Shown piece after piece: positions 37,401-51,399 of a stretch of DNA of 64,000 nt; within the stretch, counting starts at the first letter, position 1, and the number at the start of each line of letters is the position of its first letter. Origin of the DNA: Enoplolaimus lenunculus. Lineage: Eukaryota. The translations under genes and the position numbers were made by a program. The notes beneath the pieces are model-generated. The model was given only the letters and a program-made list of their open reading frames with translations. It did no database searches and was not told the origin of the DNA. The DNA lies in the NCBI GenBank assembly GCA_030248215.1, contig JASANG010000753.1:310001-374000 (forward strand), in the 5' to 3' direction.

Positions 37401-40400
37401 CAATGGCGTGATTTGGCAAAAACACAAACGGCACATAAAACGCAAGCATTCCGAAAACATTCGACAAACACAACAAAAACATTACAGGATGTTTGAGCAG
37501 TCGTAAGTCCATCATTTCGATTAAAATATCACGAACGGCAGGCGGAAAACACCAGCAACATTTCGGGGGCAGAGTATCAGCCTGAAATGTTAGAAAATTT
37601 AATATTTAAAATAATTCTAACTTTGACTAAATTAGCAATTTGATGCAGTGTCTTAGGGCCGTAGCCAGCTCATCTTGCTGGGGGTGGGGGTTACAAAATT
37701 TTCAGGAGGAGCATTCAAGGGCTTTTAATGACATGCAAGTAAGGTTGAAAATTTTCTAGGGGTAAAATTTTACCAGAGGGGGCTGAACACCCCCTGCCCC
37801 CCCCCTTGGCTACGGCCCGCGGTGTCTATTTGCAGCCAATGTTTAGAACAGGGCCGTAACAGTACTATAAGCATATTCGTAAAGCTAACCAAAGCGTAAG
37901 CCTATGCCTAAAGTGCAAAAATAAGTTTATGCCTAAGCCAAAATCTAAGCACATGCTTAAGCGTAAGGAGTAAGCCTATAGCTAAGTAGGTCTAAGCCTA
38001 AGGAAAAAAGTCTAAAGTTTAAGCTTACTGTAGTGACCCGAACAAGAGGGGGTAATAAGAGGAGGAGTCCCTATTTTGAGTGTCAATCAATAGGAGTCTG
38101 TATCCCTAATAAGGGTTCGTAAGCGGATAGAGTCCCTAAACCTATTTAGAGTCCATGAAGGTCAGTTATTCCTAATTGTAGTGCATAAATGACTCCAGGA
38201 CCAAATAAAATTGAGTTCGAATCTTTAAATCGTACTTTAATTTTGAAAGCACATTCCTAAAGTATAACCTTGCATTATCGCTCAAGCTATTGACACAAGA
38301 CGAATAAACGTTTCTTTCAGCAGATAATTACAGTAACGGATATATATCAGTAACGAAGGACGGCGGAGGGCGGATTAAAAATAAATAACAGTCCATCCCT
38401 CTTGTTCGGATCACTACAGTCCTCTGACCCAGTGTCGGAGGAAAACGGTCTACCTCTGATCTTTACATAAGCCCTATTTGCGAACGAGAGCCAAACAGTT
38501 TAAGTGTTTTTTCAATACAGTATACTCAGAGCAACAGTGCAAACTGTACACGCGAAATAAATGAACAATTTTTGTTGTTAGACTATTTATTACGAGTTTG
38601 TATGGAATAAAATCATCACAAACCGACAGCCTACATTATGAAATCATGCGTTAATGCCTTATAGTCGAGCAGCAAACGCTAAACGCTTCCGACGCAAACG
38701 GAGTTTCAAATTGTAGCTTGAAATTTAGATCTCATACGAAATAGAAAATATTCATGCGAAAAACGGTTAAAATAAACCTGTTTGTAAAAACAGTTTACAG
38801 CATAAACGATGGTCCGAAATAAACACTCACCGGAATAAACGTATTCGACTGTGGGTCGAATTCCATGGGTCGTGGAATTGAAATTGTGCTCGCACGGTAG
38901 ACGTCCAAATTAGCGCTTGATCGTCGGTATTCTGGTAAATTGGCAATGGAACCGGTGAAAAATATATCCGATCGGTACATGGGTCGGGCGAAATCGCGTG
39001 ACGTAATCGCCGAGCCGGAGACGCGTCGCATGAGATCAGTGTGAGACCGCGCCATACCTCGTGGCCCGTCGTGAAGTCTGAAACTTAATAGACTCGTTTG
39101 GCAGAACGAGGCCTGGGGCGCAAAGATGAGCGTGAGCGCCCCACCCTCAGAAAAATTTCAGCCCCTTAAACGGTTTTTGACCACGCTAGTAAGTCATGAG
39201 AATTCGCACGCCCCTCGTGAGAAATTTTGATCCCCGAACATGATGATCTGGCGATGGGCATGGATACGTACTACAATCAGTCTGGGACTTGATCGCCATT
39301 TATCTCTGGCTCTGGCAAACTTTGAAGATTTACGGCTGTAAGGGGGGGGGTTTAGAAGGCTCGGCCCATGTAAAGATCAGGAGCGGAACGTTTTTCTGTG
39401 CGACTGCAATAGAGTAAGCTTAAGCTTTAGACTCATTTTTTGGCTTGGCTTAGGCTTAGACTTAGGCTTAGATATATGCTCATCTTTACGCTTACACTTA
39501 GGCTTAGGCTTAGGAATATGCTAATAATACTGTTCCCCCCTGTTCTTTTCATTGGCCGGAGGCTCGATGCCCCTTTTTTAAAATCCTACTGCGTAACTGT
39601 ATGTTTAAGCCATTCAGCTACTAAAAACCAATATAAACTCCGTGAAAATTTTTTTAAACATTACTTCCCATGCCACCCCCCCCGATCATCTCCCGGTGCG
39701 TAAACAAGGGCCTTGATGATTGGGATATATCCCCTATAGCAGGTTTTGCACAGATAAGGAAGAATACTTTTGACAAGGTTTAGAATATTAGCTTCTGAAT
39801 CCTCGAAGTTGAAAATTTTTCTTTTAAACAAGGTTATTTCTTTCTAATATGAAAGCTTTGCCTAGATTCTGAACAGGCCAATGAAAATTGGGCAAAATTC
39901 ACCCCTGATCCACGCCAAATATGATTTGCATAAAGAGGCTTACTTAAGCAGCGAATCAGCGAACGTTTTCGCTGACATCCGAGGCACAAACGAGATTGAC
40001 TGTGTCATTGTTGAAGCCGGTTGATTGGCTGGAACAGAGCTTCGTTTTTTGGCTTTGTTTGTGCTAACGGCCCCTCTCAGTTGAGCAAACGCTTCCGAGG
40101 TCGAGCCTAAACCAAAATGGTGAACCAGAATATTTCTACCAATACAGTTGTTAAAATAGAAATAACTGGGTTAATGTATTGAACCATATTTCAAAGCCTA
40201 AGCCTAAAGCGTAACAATGAGCTTATACCTAAGCCTAAGCTGAAGCAAAAAAAATTAGTCTAAACCTTAAGCTTACTTGATTGCAGTCCTACGAAAATTG
40301 TTCAAAACCTGATCTATACATGGGCCAATAACTGAAACGACACGAAGCACATCAACGACTCATTTATTTCAAGTAGCTACTTTCGGCCAATGTAAACAAC

Positions 40401-43400
40401 AGAGGCGGAACAGTATTATAAGCATATGCCTAAGCCTATTAGCCTAAGGCCTAAGCCTAAACTTAACCGTAAGAATGAGCATATTTCTAAGGCTAAGCCT
40501 AAGCCTAAGCCAATCAAAAAATAGCCTAAAGCTTAAGCTTACTCTATTCCAGTCCCACAGAAAAACTCTCCGCCCCTGATCTTTACGTGGGCTCTACATC
40601 AATCACAAACGTATATTGGTATTTGTGGGTCAATTACCACGAGGCCCATAGCCTTGGTATTTGTGGGTCAATTACCACGAGTCCCATAGCCTTGGTATTT
40701 GTGGGTCAATTACCACGAGGCCCATAGCCTTGGTATTTGTGGGTCAATTACCTCGAGGCCCATAGCCTTGGTATTTGTGGGTCAATTACCACGAGGCCCA
40801 TAGCCTTGGTATTTGTGGGTCAATTACCACGAGGCCCAAAGCCTTGGTATTTGTGGGTCAATTACCACGAGGCCCATAGCCTTGGTATTTGTGGGTCAAT
40901 TACCACGAGGCCCATAGCCTTGGTATTTGTGGGTCAATTACCACGAGGCCCAAAGCCTTGGTATTTGTGGGTCAATTACCACGAGGCCCATAGACTTGGT
41001 ATTTGTGGGTCAATTACCACGAGGCCCATAGCCTTGGTATTTGTGGGTCAATTACCACGAGGCCCATAGCCTTGGTATTTGTGGGTCAATTACCACGACG
41101 CCCATAGCCTTGGTATTTGTGGGTCAATTACCACGAGGCCCATAGCCTTGGTATTTGTGGGTCAATTACCACGAGGCCCATAGCCTTGGTATTTGTGGGT
41201 CAATTACCACGAGGCCCATAGCCTTGGTATTTGTGGGTCAATTACCACGAGGCCCATAGCCTTTGTATTTGTGGGTCAATTACCACGAGGCCCATAGCCT
41301 TGGTATTTGTGCGTCAATTACCACGAGGCCCATAGCCTTGGTATTTGTGGGTCAATTACCACGAGGACCATAGCCTTGGTATTTGTGGGTCAATTACCAC
41401 GAGGCCCATAGCCTTGGTATTTGTGGGTCAATTACCTCGAGGCCCATAGCATTGGTATTTGTGGGTCAATTACCACGAGACCCATAGCCTTGGTATTTGT
41501 GGGTCAATTACCACGAGGCCCAAAGCCTTGGTATTTGTGGGTCAATTACCACGAGGCCCATAGCCTTGGTATTTGTGGGTCAATTACCACGAGACCCATA
41601 GCCTTGGTATTTGTGGGTCAATTACCACGAGGCCCATAGCCTTGGTATTTGTGGGTCAATTACCACGAGGCCCATAGCCTTGGTATTTGTGGGTCAATTA
41701 CCACGAGGCCCATAGCCTTGGTATTTGTGGGTCAATTACCACGAGGCCCATAGCCTTGGTATTTGTGGGTCAATTACCACGAGGCCCATAGCCTTGGTAT
41801 TTGTGGGTCAATTACCACGAGGCCCATAGCCTTGGTATTTGTGGGTCAATTACCACGAGGCCCATAGCCTTGGTATTTGTGGGTCAATTACCACGAGGCC
41901 CATAGCCTTGGTATTTGTGGGTCAATTACCACGAGGCCCATAGCTTTGGTATTTGTGGGTCAATTACCACGAGGCCCATAGCCTTGGTATTTGTGGGTCA
42001 ATTACCACGAGGCCCATAGCCTTGGTATTTGTGGGTCAATTACCACGAGGCCCATAGCTTTGGTATTTGTGGGTCAATTACCACGAGGCCCATAGCCTTG
42101 CTATTTGTGGGTCAATTACCACGAGGCCCATAGCCTTGGTATTTGTGGGTCAATTACCACGAGGCCCATAGCCTTGGTATTTGTGGGTCAATTACCACGA
42201 GGCCCATAGCCTTGGTATTTGTGGGTCAAATACCACGAGGCCCATAGCCTTGGTATTTGTGGGTCAATTACCACGAGGCCCATAGCCTTGGTATTTGCGG
42301 GTCAATTACCACGAGGCCCATAGCCTTGGTATTTGTGGGTCAATTACCACGAGGCCCATAGCCTTGGTATTTGTGGGTCAATTACCACGAGGCCCATAGC
42401 CTTGGTATTTGTGGGTCAATTACCACGAGGCCCATAGCCTTGGTATTTGTGGGTCAATTACCACGAGGCCCATAGCCTTGGTATTTGTGGGTCAATTACC
42501 ACGAGGCCCATAGCCTTGGTATTTGTGGGTCAATTACCACGAGGCCCATAGCTTTGGTATTTGTGGGTCAATTACCACGAGGCCCATAGCCTTGGTATTT
42601 GTGGGTCAATTACCACGAGGCCCATAGCCTTGGTATTTGTGGGTCAATTACCACGAGGCCCATAGCCTTGGTATTTGTGGGTCAATTACCACGAGGCCCA
42701 TAGCCTTGGTATTTGTGGGTCAATTACCACGAGGCCCATAGCCTTGGTATTTGTGGGTCAATTACCTCGAGGCCCATAGCCTTGGTATTTGTGGGTCAAT
42801 TACCACGAGGCCCAAAGCCTTGGTATTTGTGGGTCAATTACCACGAGGCCCATAGCCGTGGTATTTGTGGGTCAATTACCTCGAGGCCCATAGCCTTGGT
42901 ATTTGTGGGTCGATTACCACGAGGCCCATAGCCTTGGTATTTGTGGGTCAATTACCACGAGGCCCAAAGCCTTGGTATTTGTGGGTCAATTACCACGAGG
43001 CCCATAGCCTTGGTATTTGTGGGTCAATTACCACGAGACCCATAGCCTTGGTATTTGTGGGTCAATTACCACGAGGCCCATAGCCTTGGTATTTGTGGGT
43101 CAATTACCACGAGGCCCATAGCCTTGGTATATGTGGGTCAATTACCACGAGGCCCATAGCCTTGGTATTTGTGGGTCAATTACCACGAGGCCTATAGCCT
43201 TGGTATTTGTGGGTCAATTACCACGAGACCCATAGCCTTGGTATTTGTGGGTCAATTACCACGAGGCCCATAGCCTTGGTATTTGTGGGTCAATTACCAC
43301 GAGGCCCATAGCCTTGGTATTTGTGGGTCAATTACCACGAGGCCCATAGCCTTGGTATTTGTGGGTCAATTACCACGAGGCCCATAGCCTTGGTATTTGT

Positions 43401-46400
43401 GGGTCAATTACCACGAGGCCCATAGCCTTGGTATTTGTGGGTCAATTACCACGAGGCCCATAGCCTTGGTATTTGTGGGTCAATTACCACGAGGCCCATA
43501 GCCTTGGTATTTGTGGGTCAATTACCACGAGGCCCATAGCCTTGGTATTTGTGGGTCAATTACCACGAGGCCCATAGCCTTGGTATTTGTGGGTCAATTA
43601 CCACGAGGCCCATAGCCTTGGTATTTGTGGGTCAATTACCACGAGGCCCATAGCCTTGGTATTTGTGGGTCAATTACCACGAGGCCCATAGCCTTGGTAT
43701 TTGTGGGTCAATTACCACGAGGCCCATAGCCTTGCAAGATGTGGTTGAATAACCAAGAGGCCCATAGCCTTGGTATTTGTGGGTCAATTACCACGAGGCC
43801 CATAGCCTTGCTATTTGTGGGTCAATTACCACGAGGCCCATAGCCTTGCTATTTGTGGGTCAATTACCACGAGGCCCATAGCCTTGCTATTTGTGGGTCA
43901 ATTACCACGAGGCCCATAGCCTTGGTATTTGTGGGTCAATTACCACGAGGCCCATAGCCAGAGAAGATATGGGAAACAAAGACCCTGGCAATGTGCGAAG
44001 CAAGAAACATTTTGTGATTGTTGCAAACGGTTTAATACTAAAATTAAGTGTCCCTTCTCGCTTGCATCGCTCGCGACCTACTGTTTGCCGTTTTATATGA
44101 CCGGTAACGAATAATCTAGGCTATCCAGCGGTATAATCTTCGTTTCGAACCCAAACAAAGCTTAAATGTTTCACTTTATCATAGCAATTTTAAGACTGAG
44201 TCAAGTTTTCTTTCCACTCGCTTCGCTCGCAAGTTCCTTCAAAACTCAACCCCGTTACTGTAACTCTTGATTACTACTGTAGATTTTCAGTATCATGCGC
44301 CAGACTTGGCAATATCGGCGAACTTGTAATAAACGGATTTTAAAATCAATCGAATATCATGATACTAAAATTTGAAATTTGAATTATTTCAAACGTGAAT
44401 TGTTTCCGAAATCCGTCGGAAACGCAAACACAGAAGCTCATTCAGTGTTCAAAATCAGTTACAACTACATTTACAATCGTTTTAGCAATTTATTAGTGCG
44501 CACATTTTGCATTGTCCTGCATAATATGAATTTTATGTGACATTTACCAAAATTCACACGTATCGTAAGGAATTCGCATAAGTGTCACATGGTATCACGT
44601 GATATATGGCTGCTTATATGCGCAATGAGAGTGCAGTGGTTTATAAACCAATACGCCAATGTATAGAACGGGGCCGGAACAGTAGTATAAGCATATTCTT
44701 AGTCTTAAACCTAGATCTAAGCCTAAGCCTAAGGATGTGCCTATTTCTAAGCCTAAGCCTAAGCGTAAGGATGTGCCTATTCCTAAGTCTAAGCCTAAGC
44801 AAAAAAGTTTGCCTAAAGCTGGAAAACGATCCGGCCCTGTTCTATACATGGGCCAACCAATACATACGACGTTCAATTGTTGTCCGTATACCCGCTATTC
44901 ATATAGTCGTGTTTTTAATGCTGACGTCGAATCAACATGGTATAAAACATGTTTCAGGCAGCTTCAGTTATAAAAGGAACCCCGCACTACAGGCTGAGAA
45001 GCTTAGGTTTAGGCTTAGGTTTAGGCTTAGTAAAACAGGTTCTTACAGTTACCATTGATCAATTGCTCGAGCAGCCGTTTAACTAAGACAAAGGTCAACT
45101 TGAAGTTTTAAAAGTTTCAATTGAATATTGGATGTGAAAAGTTCAAGCCAATGTACCGAACAGAGCCGAGTAGAATAAACGTATTCCTAAGCCTAAGCCT
45201 AAACGTATGCGTAACACTGAGCTCATACCTTAGCCGAAGCAAAAAAAATCTTTTAAAGCTTAAGCTTATTCTATTGCAGTCTCGCAGAAAAACGTTCCGA
45301 CCCTGATATTTACATGGGCTAAAATTCGCACATTTTTGTACTTAAATGTAATTTTTCAGTAAGACTGGTTTACCTAACGCACTACCGTTGACTTTATCAT
45401 CGATATTTGCTGAATTTTCATCTTCTTCCGTAATATGATCCAGTGCAGTTCCACTGGTTGCTGGCGGTCGAGACAAATGACCAACTGCAGCCGACTCTGA
45501 GACTGATCTGAAAAAAATAGCCGGATGCAACTGGTGGTGAAAACGACCGGAAGCGGATGTCAACAAAATTTGGCCAGAGCCGGACGTGAGGCGAAACTAG
45601 GTAGTTATTAATATGATGTGATTTGCTAATTAAGCAAATATCTCAAAAGTTTTTTGTTTAAATCATTTGGTGTTACGCGTATTTGTTTACGAAATCTTGC
45701 GCAAATGTTTTCCTCAAAATTGTACCAAAAGTTACAACTAAACGCACGAAACAGATAAATTTTGCAAAAACTATGCCAAAATTTCACTACCGAAATACAG
45801 CTTGACGCTCCAACTGCAGTGAGAGCTCGAGCCTTGTGAAGATTTTGCCCTGCGCATATGCGTAATCGTTGTTAAAGCACAGCGCATTGAATATTGCGCG
45901 TACACAGTTTGCACTCAGGTGCTCATAATATACTCTGCGCAGCAAAAAAGGTTAATGTAGATGTCGTAGGCCAATCTGCTATTCAGGTCAAATACTAATG
46001 CGCCGTTCATAATATAAATTGAGGCCTGCTACAAAATGTGCCACAAAATAGGGTTAACGCGTGACAAATTTTAACTTTGTTAAGCGTTAATCCTGCCCTA
46101 ACGCTTTTTTTTCTGTTAACCCTACCGAAACGCTTGTCACAAATCGCTCTGTGACAAGCGTTAGGGTAGGGTTAAAACGGTTTGTGCGTTACTAACAAGT
46201 TACACACATTTTGTGGCAGACCTTAAATTTATATTGCGAAAGGCGCATAATTGGCTTAGGCCATGCTGCTATTTTAAGTAATAGCAGTTTCTCCTAGGTA
46301 ACGTAACCAACCAGCGTTGGTGGTTTTACATCACTGTTGTTTTGCTACATATTAAAATAGCTATTTGGCCTAGGCCAACTTGCTATTTGCTCACAAGAGC

Positions 46401-49400
46401 AGATTGGCATATGCCAATTGATAATTGGCCTGAATAGCAGATTGGTCGACGAAATAAACACACTTGATTCGACGTTGATAAACACGATTCGTTTCGCCGA
46501 CGCTGATTGGTAGAGATGTTTTCGGTGACGTAATTGTTGGCGAATCAAATTCGTTGTTATCGGATCGCTTTCGAGATGGCGTCATTTCTTCGTTTTCGGT
46601 TTCTTGCAACATTTCCAAATGACGATCTTGGTTTATTCGTTCGAGCAACGTTGGTGCAGGCTGTCTTGAATCATCTTCCAACGGAGGCAAATCTTCAGTG
46701 GGGATAAGCGGGCGTAGCAAAGCTCCGAATAATACTGTATGAAATACGATCCCAGCAATAATCCATAGTGTACCTGAAAATCGAAACGCTATTTATACAA
46801 CGGCATATAGAATATGTGGATTGCCAGAGGCATACGCAAGGACATTAAATATTGAACGGCAGGGGTGTTTTTTAGAGATTACTTTCTTTAAGTCAGGCTA
46901 TACCTCTCCCCCCTCCGAAATGAAATCTTGACTACAGCTCGAATGGCAGCCAATCAGCAATTAGAACGATCCTGTGCCAAGTGAAAACGTGGGGTGAACT
47001 AAAAGTATCACGCTCTAGAGCGTCCTTTGAACCCACCCCCCTTGAGACAAAGTATTACCTTTCCACGCGAATTCGTCAAGCAGGTACACAAGCAACGGGG
47101 GGATGACAAAAGTACCGACACCGGAACCGGAAACTGCAATTCCAGTTGCAAGCGCACGCTTTTTCTCGAAATAATAGTTGACATGAACGATTGCTGGTAA
47201 ATAGATCAGGCCAAATCCAATACCTAAATGAAAAAAATTCAAATAGCGACACTACAGAGTGAATAAAACAAGTCAGTATTCTCAAACGTGCACTGCAAAA
47301 AATGGTGAGTCAAATTGACTCTCTCTGAAATACGCTTTTCCGGACTACACAAACTGAGTCAAAATTCGACTCCGCCATAGTCAAACGTGCGAGTCAATGA
47401 GTCGAATTTGACTCTGGTGGAGTCGAAGTTGACTCAGTTTGTGTAATCCCGTAGAGCCTATTTCGGAGAGAGTCAATTTGACTCACCATTTTGTGCAGTG
47501 TGTGTACCATCTAGCAATTAGTTAATTGTTGATCTTACGACTTTCAAGCTAATAATAATGCAACGTCCACTTTAAGTTGTGTACGGTGTGTGGAAAATAG
47601 CAACTTAAGCTTCGACACGTGTGCTTGTGTATCCTAACATCAGAAAGTTCAATTACTTTTTCATAATTTAGTTAAAAACGTACATTTAAAAAACTACCGA
47701 TTTTTGAAAAACCCTGTGAGCAGGAAACAGAAGAAATATATATTACATATGATTGTCAAAGTTACTTAAAGGGCGTAACAGTAGATTAAGCGTATTCCTA
47801 AGCCTAAGCCTAAGCCTAAGCAAAAAATGTAATCTAGAATCTAATCCTACTCTTTCGTGGATCTACCAGAAACCTAGACGCCCCTTCAAGTAACATGGCC
47901 CCACATCATAAACATAAGAACATGTTTATTAAGCCCTTGTGTCAAAGCCAATTTTGTTGATTCTATATTTCGGTGGCCCATGTTACTTTAAGGGACGTCC
48001 AGGTTTCCGGTAGGTCTATAAAATAGTAGGTTTGGATTCTAGATGACATTTTTTTGCTTTTAGGCTTAGGCTTAGGCTTAGGCTTACAAATTTATTTTTG
48101 CAACGCTTGGGCTTAGGTTTAGGCTTAGGAATACGCTTAATCTACTGTTACGCCAAGTAAAGTAACATTGGCCATTGAAAAAATTTCACTTTAGCTGGAA
48201 TTCAAAATACAGTTAACTACGGCAAGGGCTAAACCAAATAAGTTCCGTCATAAATATTTTTTAACAAATAATAAACTCGTTTACCTCCCATAACCCCGTA
48301 CGATATCATCAGATGTGGCAAAGTTGGGGCCCAAACAGAAATGAAGAACGCGATTGTGGCAACAACACCGCCGGACATCATCACTGCTCGCGCACCAAAT
48401 CGGTTCACCAGCCCGCTTACTATTGGACCTGGAACCAAACGGCTGTTTGAGTAGGATTGTACACTGCAAAAAATAGTGAGTCAAATTGACTCTCTCCAAA
48501 ATAGGTTTTTCCTGACTACAGAAACTCAATCAAAATATGACTCCGCCAGAGTCAAACGTGCGACTCCGTGAGTCGAATTTGACTCAGTTTGTGCAGTCCC
48601 GTGGAGCCTATTTCGCAGAGAGTCAATATGACTCACCATTTTTGCAGTGTAGTCACACGAGGGTCTAAGGTTCGTTGTTTCCTCTATGATTTTGGAAATA
48701 ATTTATTTCTGGTCAGGAATAATTTCTTAGCTAATAGACAAATTGCTTAACTCATTCTGGTAGTGCAATTTCTATAATATCGTGCGTAATACCAGGTGAC
48801 TTTTGACGGTGTAGTGTGATGGACACTGAAGCTTTTTTGGCTTCACTATGCAGAGCAGTGAAGCTTTTTTGGTTTCAGTGTTCATCACACAACCACCTCA
48901 AAGGTCACGTGGTGTACGCATGATATTGTGGAAACTGCATATTTACAGCTGATGTCTGGGCCATCATAGCCAGTCAGCTCACTTTGCAAGACGCTATAAC
49001 TATTTTTAGGAGGAGCATACAAGGAGTTTCGATAATGCAAACGAGTTTAATGGTTTTCTATAATTGAGACTAAATTTTTCTAAAGTTGTTGAGCCACCGG
49101 GACCCCCCCCCCCCAACCCTCTGGCTGGGCAACGATTGTGAAAACGCAGGATAATTTTTCTGCAAAACATATATTTCAAACTGTGGTCAATGCGAGAGTA
49201 TAAATGTGGGTCGAAACAGTATTATAAGAATATTCCTAAACCCTAGCGTTAAAGCCTAATCAAAAAATTATTCTGAACCTTAAGCTTACTCTATTTCAGT
49301 CCCACGGAATACAGGTCCGCCCCTGATCTTTACTCGGGCCCAAATGGTTCACTGGTCAATAGGTAAAGTCAAACTAACCATTGGTCAAATAGCAACCAGA

Positions 49401-50916
49401 AACCAGTGAACCAACAAAAGCAGCGGACGCTTCGGTGGAATTATAATATGTCACAAATTGAGGCAAGAGGACTGCGTAAGCGTACGCAATGCCGTCGACG
49501 ACAAAATTAGCCATGAACGATGCGAAGACGATCACCCAACCGTAGCCTCCGTCAGGCGGATGCGGGATGAAATCCATGGGATCTGAAACCGCGGAACCAG
49601 TATTGTCAACATATATGCAGCACAGGGTCCAACCAGAGGTCTGCCTCCGTCTGCGGCCGAAGATCGACCTCACTGTAAATTCTAGTGAGTTTGATTTTAA
49701 CTCAGAATAAAGTTGAATCCGCTGAGAAATCCGAGCTCTGAAATATATAGATCTTCCAGAACTCAGAATTTTGAATTGATTCAACTTTCAGTCTGACTTA
49801 ATTAATCAGTTCATCTAACATTAAATCAGCTCAGAGCGAGTAAATATTTACTGTTAGTAACACAGAAATAACCACAAATAACTAATTCTCTCTCTGAGTT
49901 GATTAGTCAGTTCGATGCAATTTACAGTGTACGCAACTGAACATCACTTATATGAATTTCATACGCTTTTACCATGCCGGATTATTTACTGTTTCTACCA
50001 AAACTATACGCCATGGTCCGTATTCTCAACTCAAATATGCAGTACCGGAGCAGACAGGGCTGGAGCTCCCTCCATAAGTTCAGGGTGGACGGAATGGTAC
50101 AACCGGATGTCTGCCTCCGGCTCCGGCAGAAAATCGGCCTCCGACTCCGGCTCCGGCTCCGGTAGAATTTTTGCCGGAGGTTCCGGCAATTTCGGTAGTA
50201 AAATTTTGCATAATTTTCCTAAATTTATCTGTTCAGCGCGTTGCGATTGACTTTTGTCACCATTTTTATGAAAAAATTGCCGAAATTTGGCTGGCAGAAA
50301 ATTAGCGTGAAACCAAATAACTTAACGACATTTTGCAGATATTGGCTAAAATTAACTATTAATTAACCATCATTTTTACTACTTAATTTCGCCTCACCTC
50401 CGGCTCCGGCTCCGGCAAGTTTCGTTGACCTCCGGCTCCGGCTCGGGTATTTTTCACCTCCGGTTGCACCCTGATGGAGGGCCCAAACTCGCGAGCGAGA
50501 AGTCAGACTCATTTGAAAAAAATTTCGGCATTTTGTTTCAACCGGTTAGGGTGGGAGCCCCTTTATGTGTGGGGTGCTCCAAATAGGGGGTATGGGGAAC
50601 GGCTACTCGCGCCCTGCAAATATGTGTAGCATCTATCACTTGTTGGTTATAGGTCAGTTTTCGATCCAGTGAATGGCGTGTTTCGCAATTCAGCACATTT
50701 TTCGCATTTGTCTTGTCCTTACTTCTGTTCCAATTTGGACGCTCGCAATTACAAGAGTTTGTCAGTTTGATAGCCTATCGCTAAACGGGTAATATACGGA
50801 TGCTATACACATTTGAGAATGTTTCCACTCGAAATAGTTTACTTACCTTCGTCAAACTCAACGTCTTCGTCGACGTCAGCTGATTCTGGATCAGTGGTTT
50901 GCGTATTTGGAGGCAT
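34450..50916 (-). CDS. MFS monocarboxylate transporter (SLC16/MCT family) with large central cytoplasmic loop, 12 coding exons
   Basis: Exons 50847-50916, 49379-49582, 48285-48428, 47059-47223, 46464-46773, 45374-45507, 39944-40106, 38831-39077, 37353-37581, 36309-36488, 34955-35080, 34450-34742. All junctions are GT-AG and phase-compatible. Signature PPDGGYGWVIVFASF, plus GPIVSGLVNRFGAR, YFEKKRALATGIAVSGSGVG, RPMYRSDIFFTGS, GITNTLGRLVFGWLAD, GAIYDSTGNY. Confidence 0.92.
35953..36296. mobile_element. CAAGAG-TIR MITE with 7-bp TSD
   Basis: caagagtggatgatcact...agtgatcatccactcttg, TSD atagaaa. Confidence 0.82.
37834..38473. mobile_element. TTAGGC-family MITE with a nested ~390-bp CTGTAG MITE (about 38028-38419)
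   Basis: Outer TSD ctatttgc on both sides. Inner TIRs ctgtagtgacccgaacaagaggg / ccctcttgttcggatcactacag. Confidence 0.8.
39363..39557. mobile_element. TTAGGC-family MITE copy
   Basis: ggcccatgta...cattggcc, TSD gaaggctc/ggaggctc (one mismatch). Confidence 0.8.
40616..43959. repeat. 38-bp highly homogeneous tandem array, about 88 copies (MCT intron 6)
   Basis: Unit ccatagccttggtatttgtgggtcaattaccacgaggc, repeated head-to-tail with only scattered single substitutions and no spacers. Confidence 0.97.
44654..44854. mobile_element. TTAGGC-family MITE copy
   Basis: cgccaatgtatagaac...gttctatacatgggcc, TSD aaccaata. Confidence 0.8.
45999..46247. mobile_element. Palindromic MITE with TAA TSD (PIF/Harbinger-like)
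   Basis: taa|tgcgccgttcataatataaatt...aatttatattgcgaaaggcgca|taa. Confidence 0.6.
47291..47500. mobile_element. ~200-bp palindromic CACTG MITE (other copies 2349-2556, 18144-18352, 48462-48649, ~53014-53221; partial at 53670-53842 and 59097-59138)
   Basis: cactgcaaaaaatggtgagtcaaattgactctctc...gagagtcaatttgactcaccattttgtgcagtg. Apparent 2-bp flanking duplications (ta/ta, tg/tg) suggest CMC (CACTA/Mirage)-like origin. Confidence 0.75.
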
Positions 50917-51399
50917 GGCTGCTAGCAGTTAAATAAATGCTTATCGCGATAGTTACAGTAATTACAATGTTAATAATTACATAGCTAGCGCTTTATTTAG
51001 CTTATCAAATTAGTTTTTTAGCTTGGAATTTTACAAAAATACCGTTTCACAAGTTCACAATTGTTCATTTGTTTAATATATTTGAATATTTTGTTTCGTT
51101 TGGTGTCAAAAAAGTTGCACATTTTGCCTTTATTCGGAACAAAGCGGTATAAGTGATTGCGGTAGTCTTTTTGACTACTTTAAGTGCCTTTTAGAGTCGT
51201 CGGGCGTTGTTCAGGGCAACGTACGGCATCGTCTGGAACCGGCCGTGCAACACCTGAGGGCGCCGCAGTCCAAATTATTAATATAAAAATTTTCGACTCG
51301 CGACACTGGGCGGCGTTCTCAAAATGAGTATAGCGGCATTTTGAGTTTAAGCGAAAAATTTTCAGGTTACTATCTATAACCCCTTCTTACATTGAGTTG

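Noticed and set aside
40616..43959. CRISPR array (38-bp partly palindromic repeat)
   Set aside because: Units are directly adjacent with no unique spacers, there are no cas genes, and the context is a eukaryotic intron.
40737..44114. ORFs MWVNYHEAHSLG...
   Set aside because: Translations of the 38-bp satellite.
3617..50916. Nematode operon of MCT-SHC-FGGY (all minus strand)
   Set aside because: Inter-CDS gaps of ~3.3 and ~5.7 kb are much longer than typical intercistronic spacing. SL2-type trans-splicing data would be needed.
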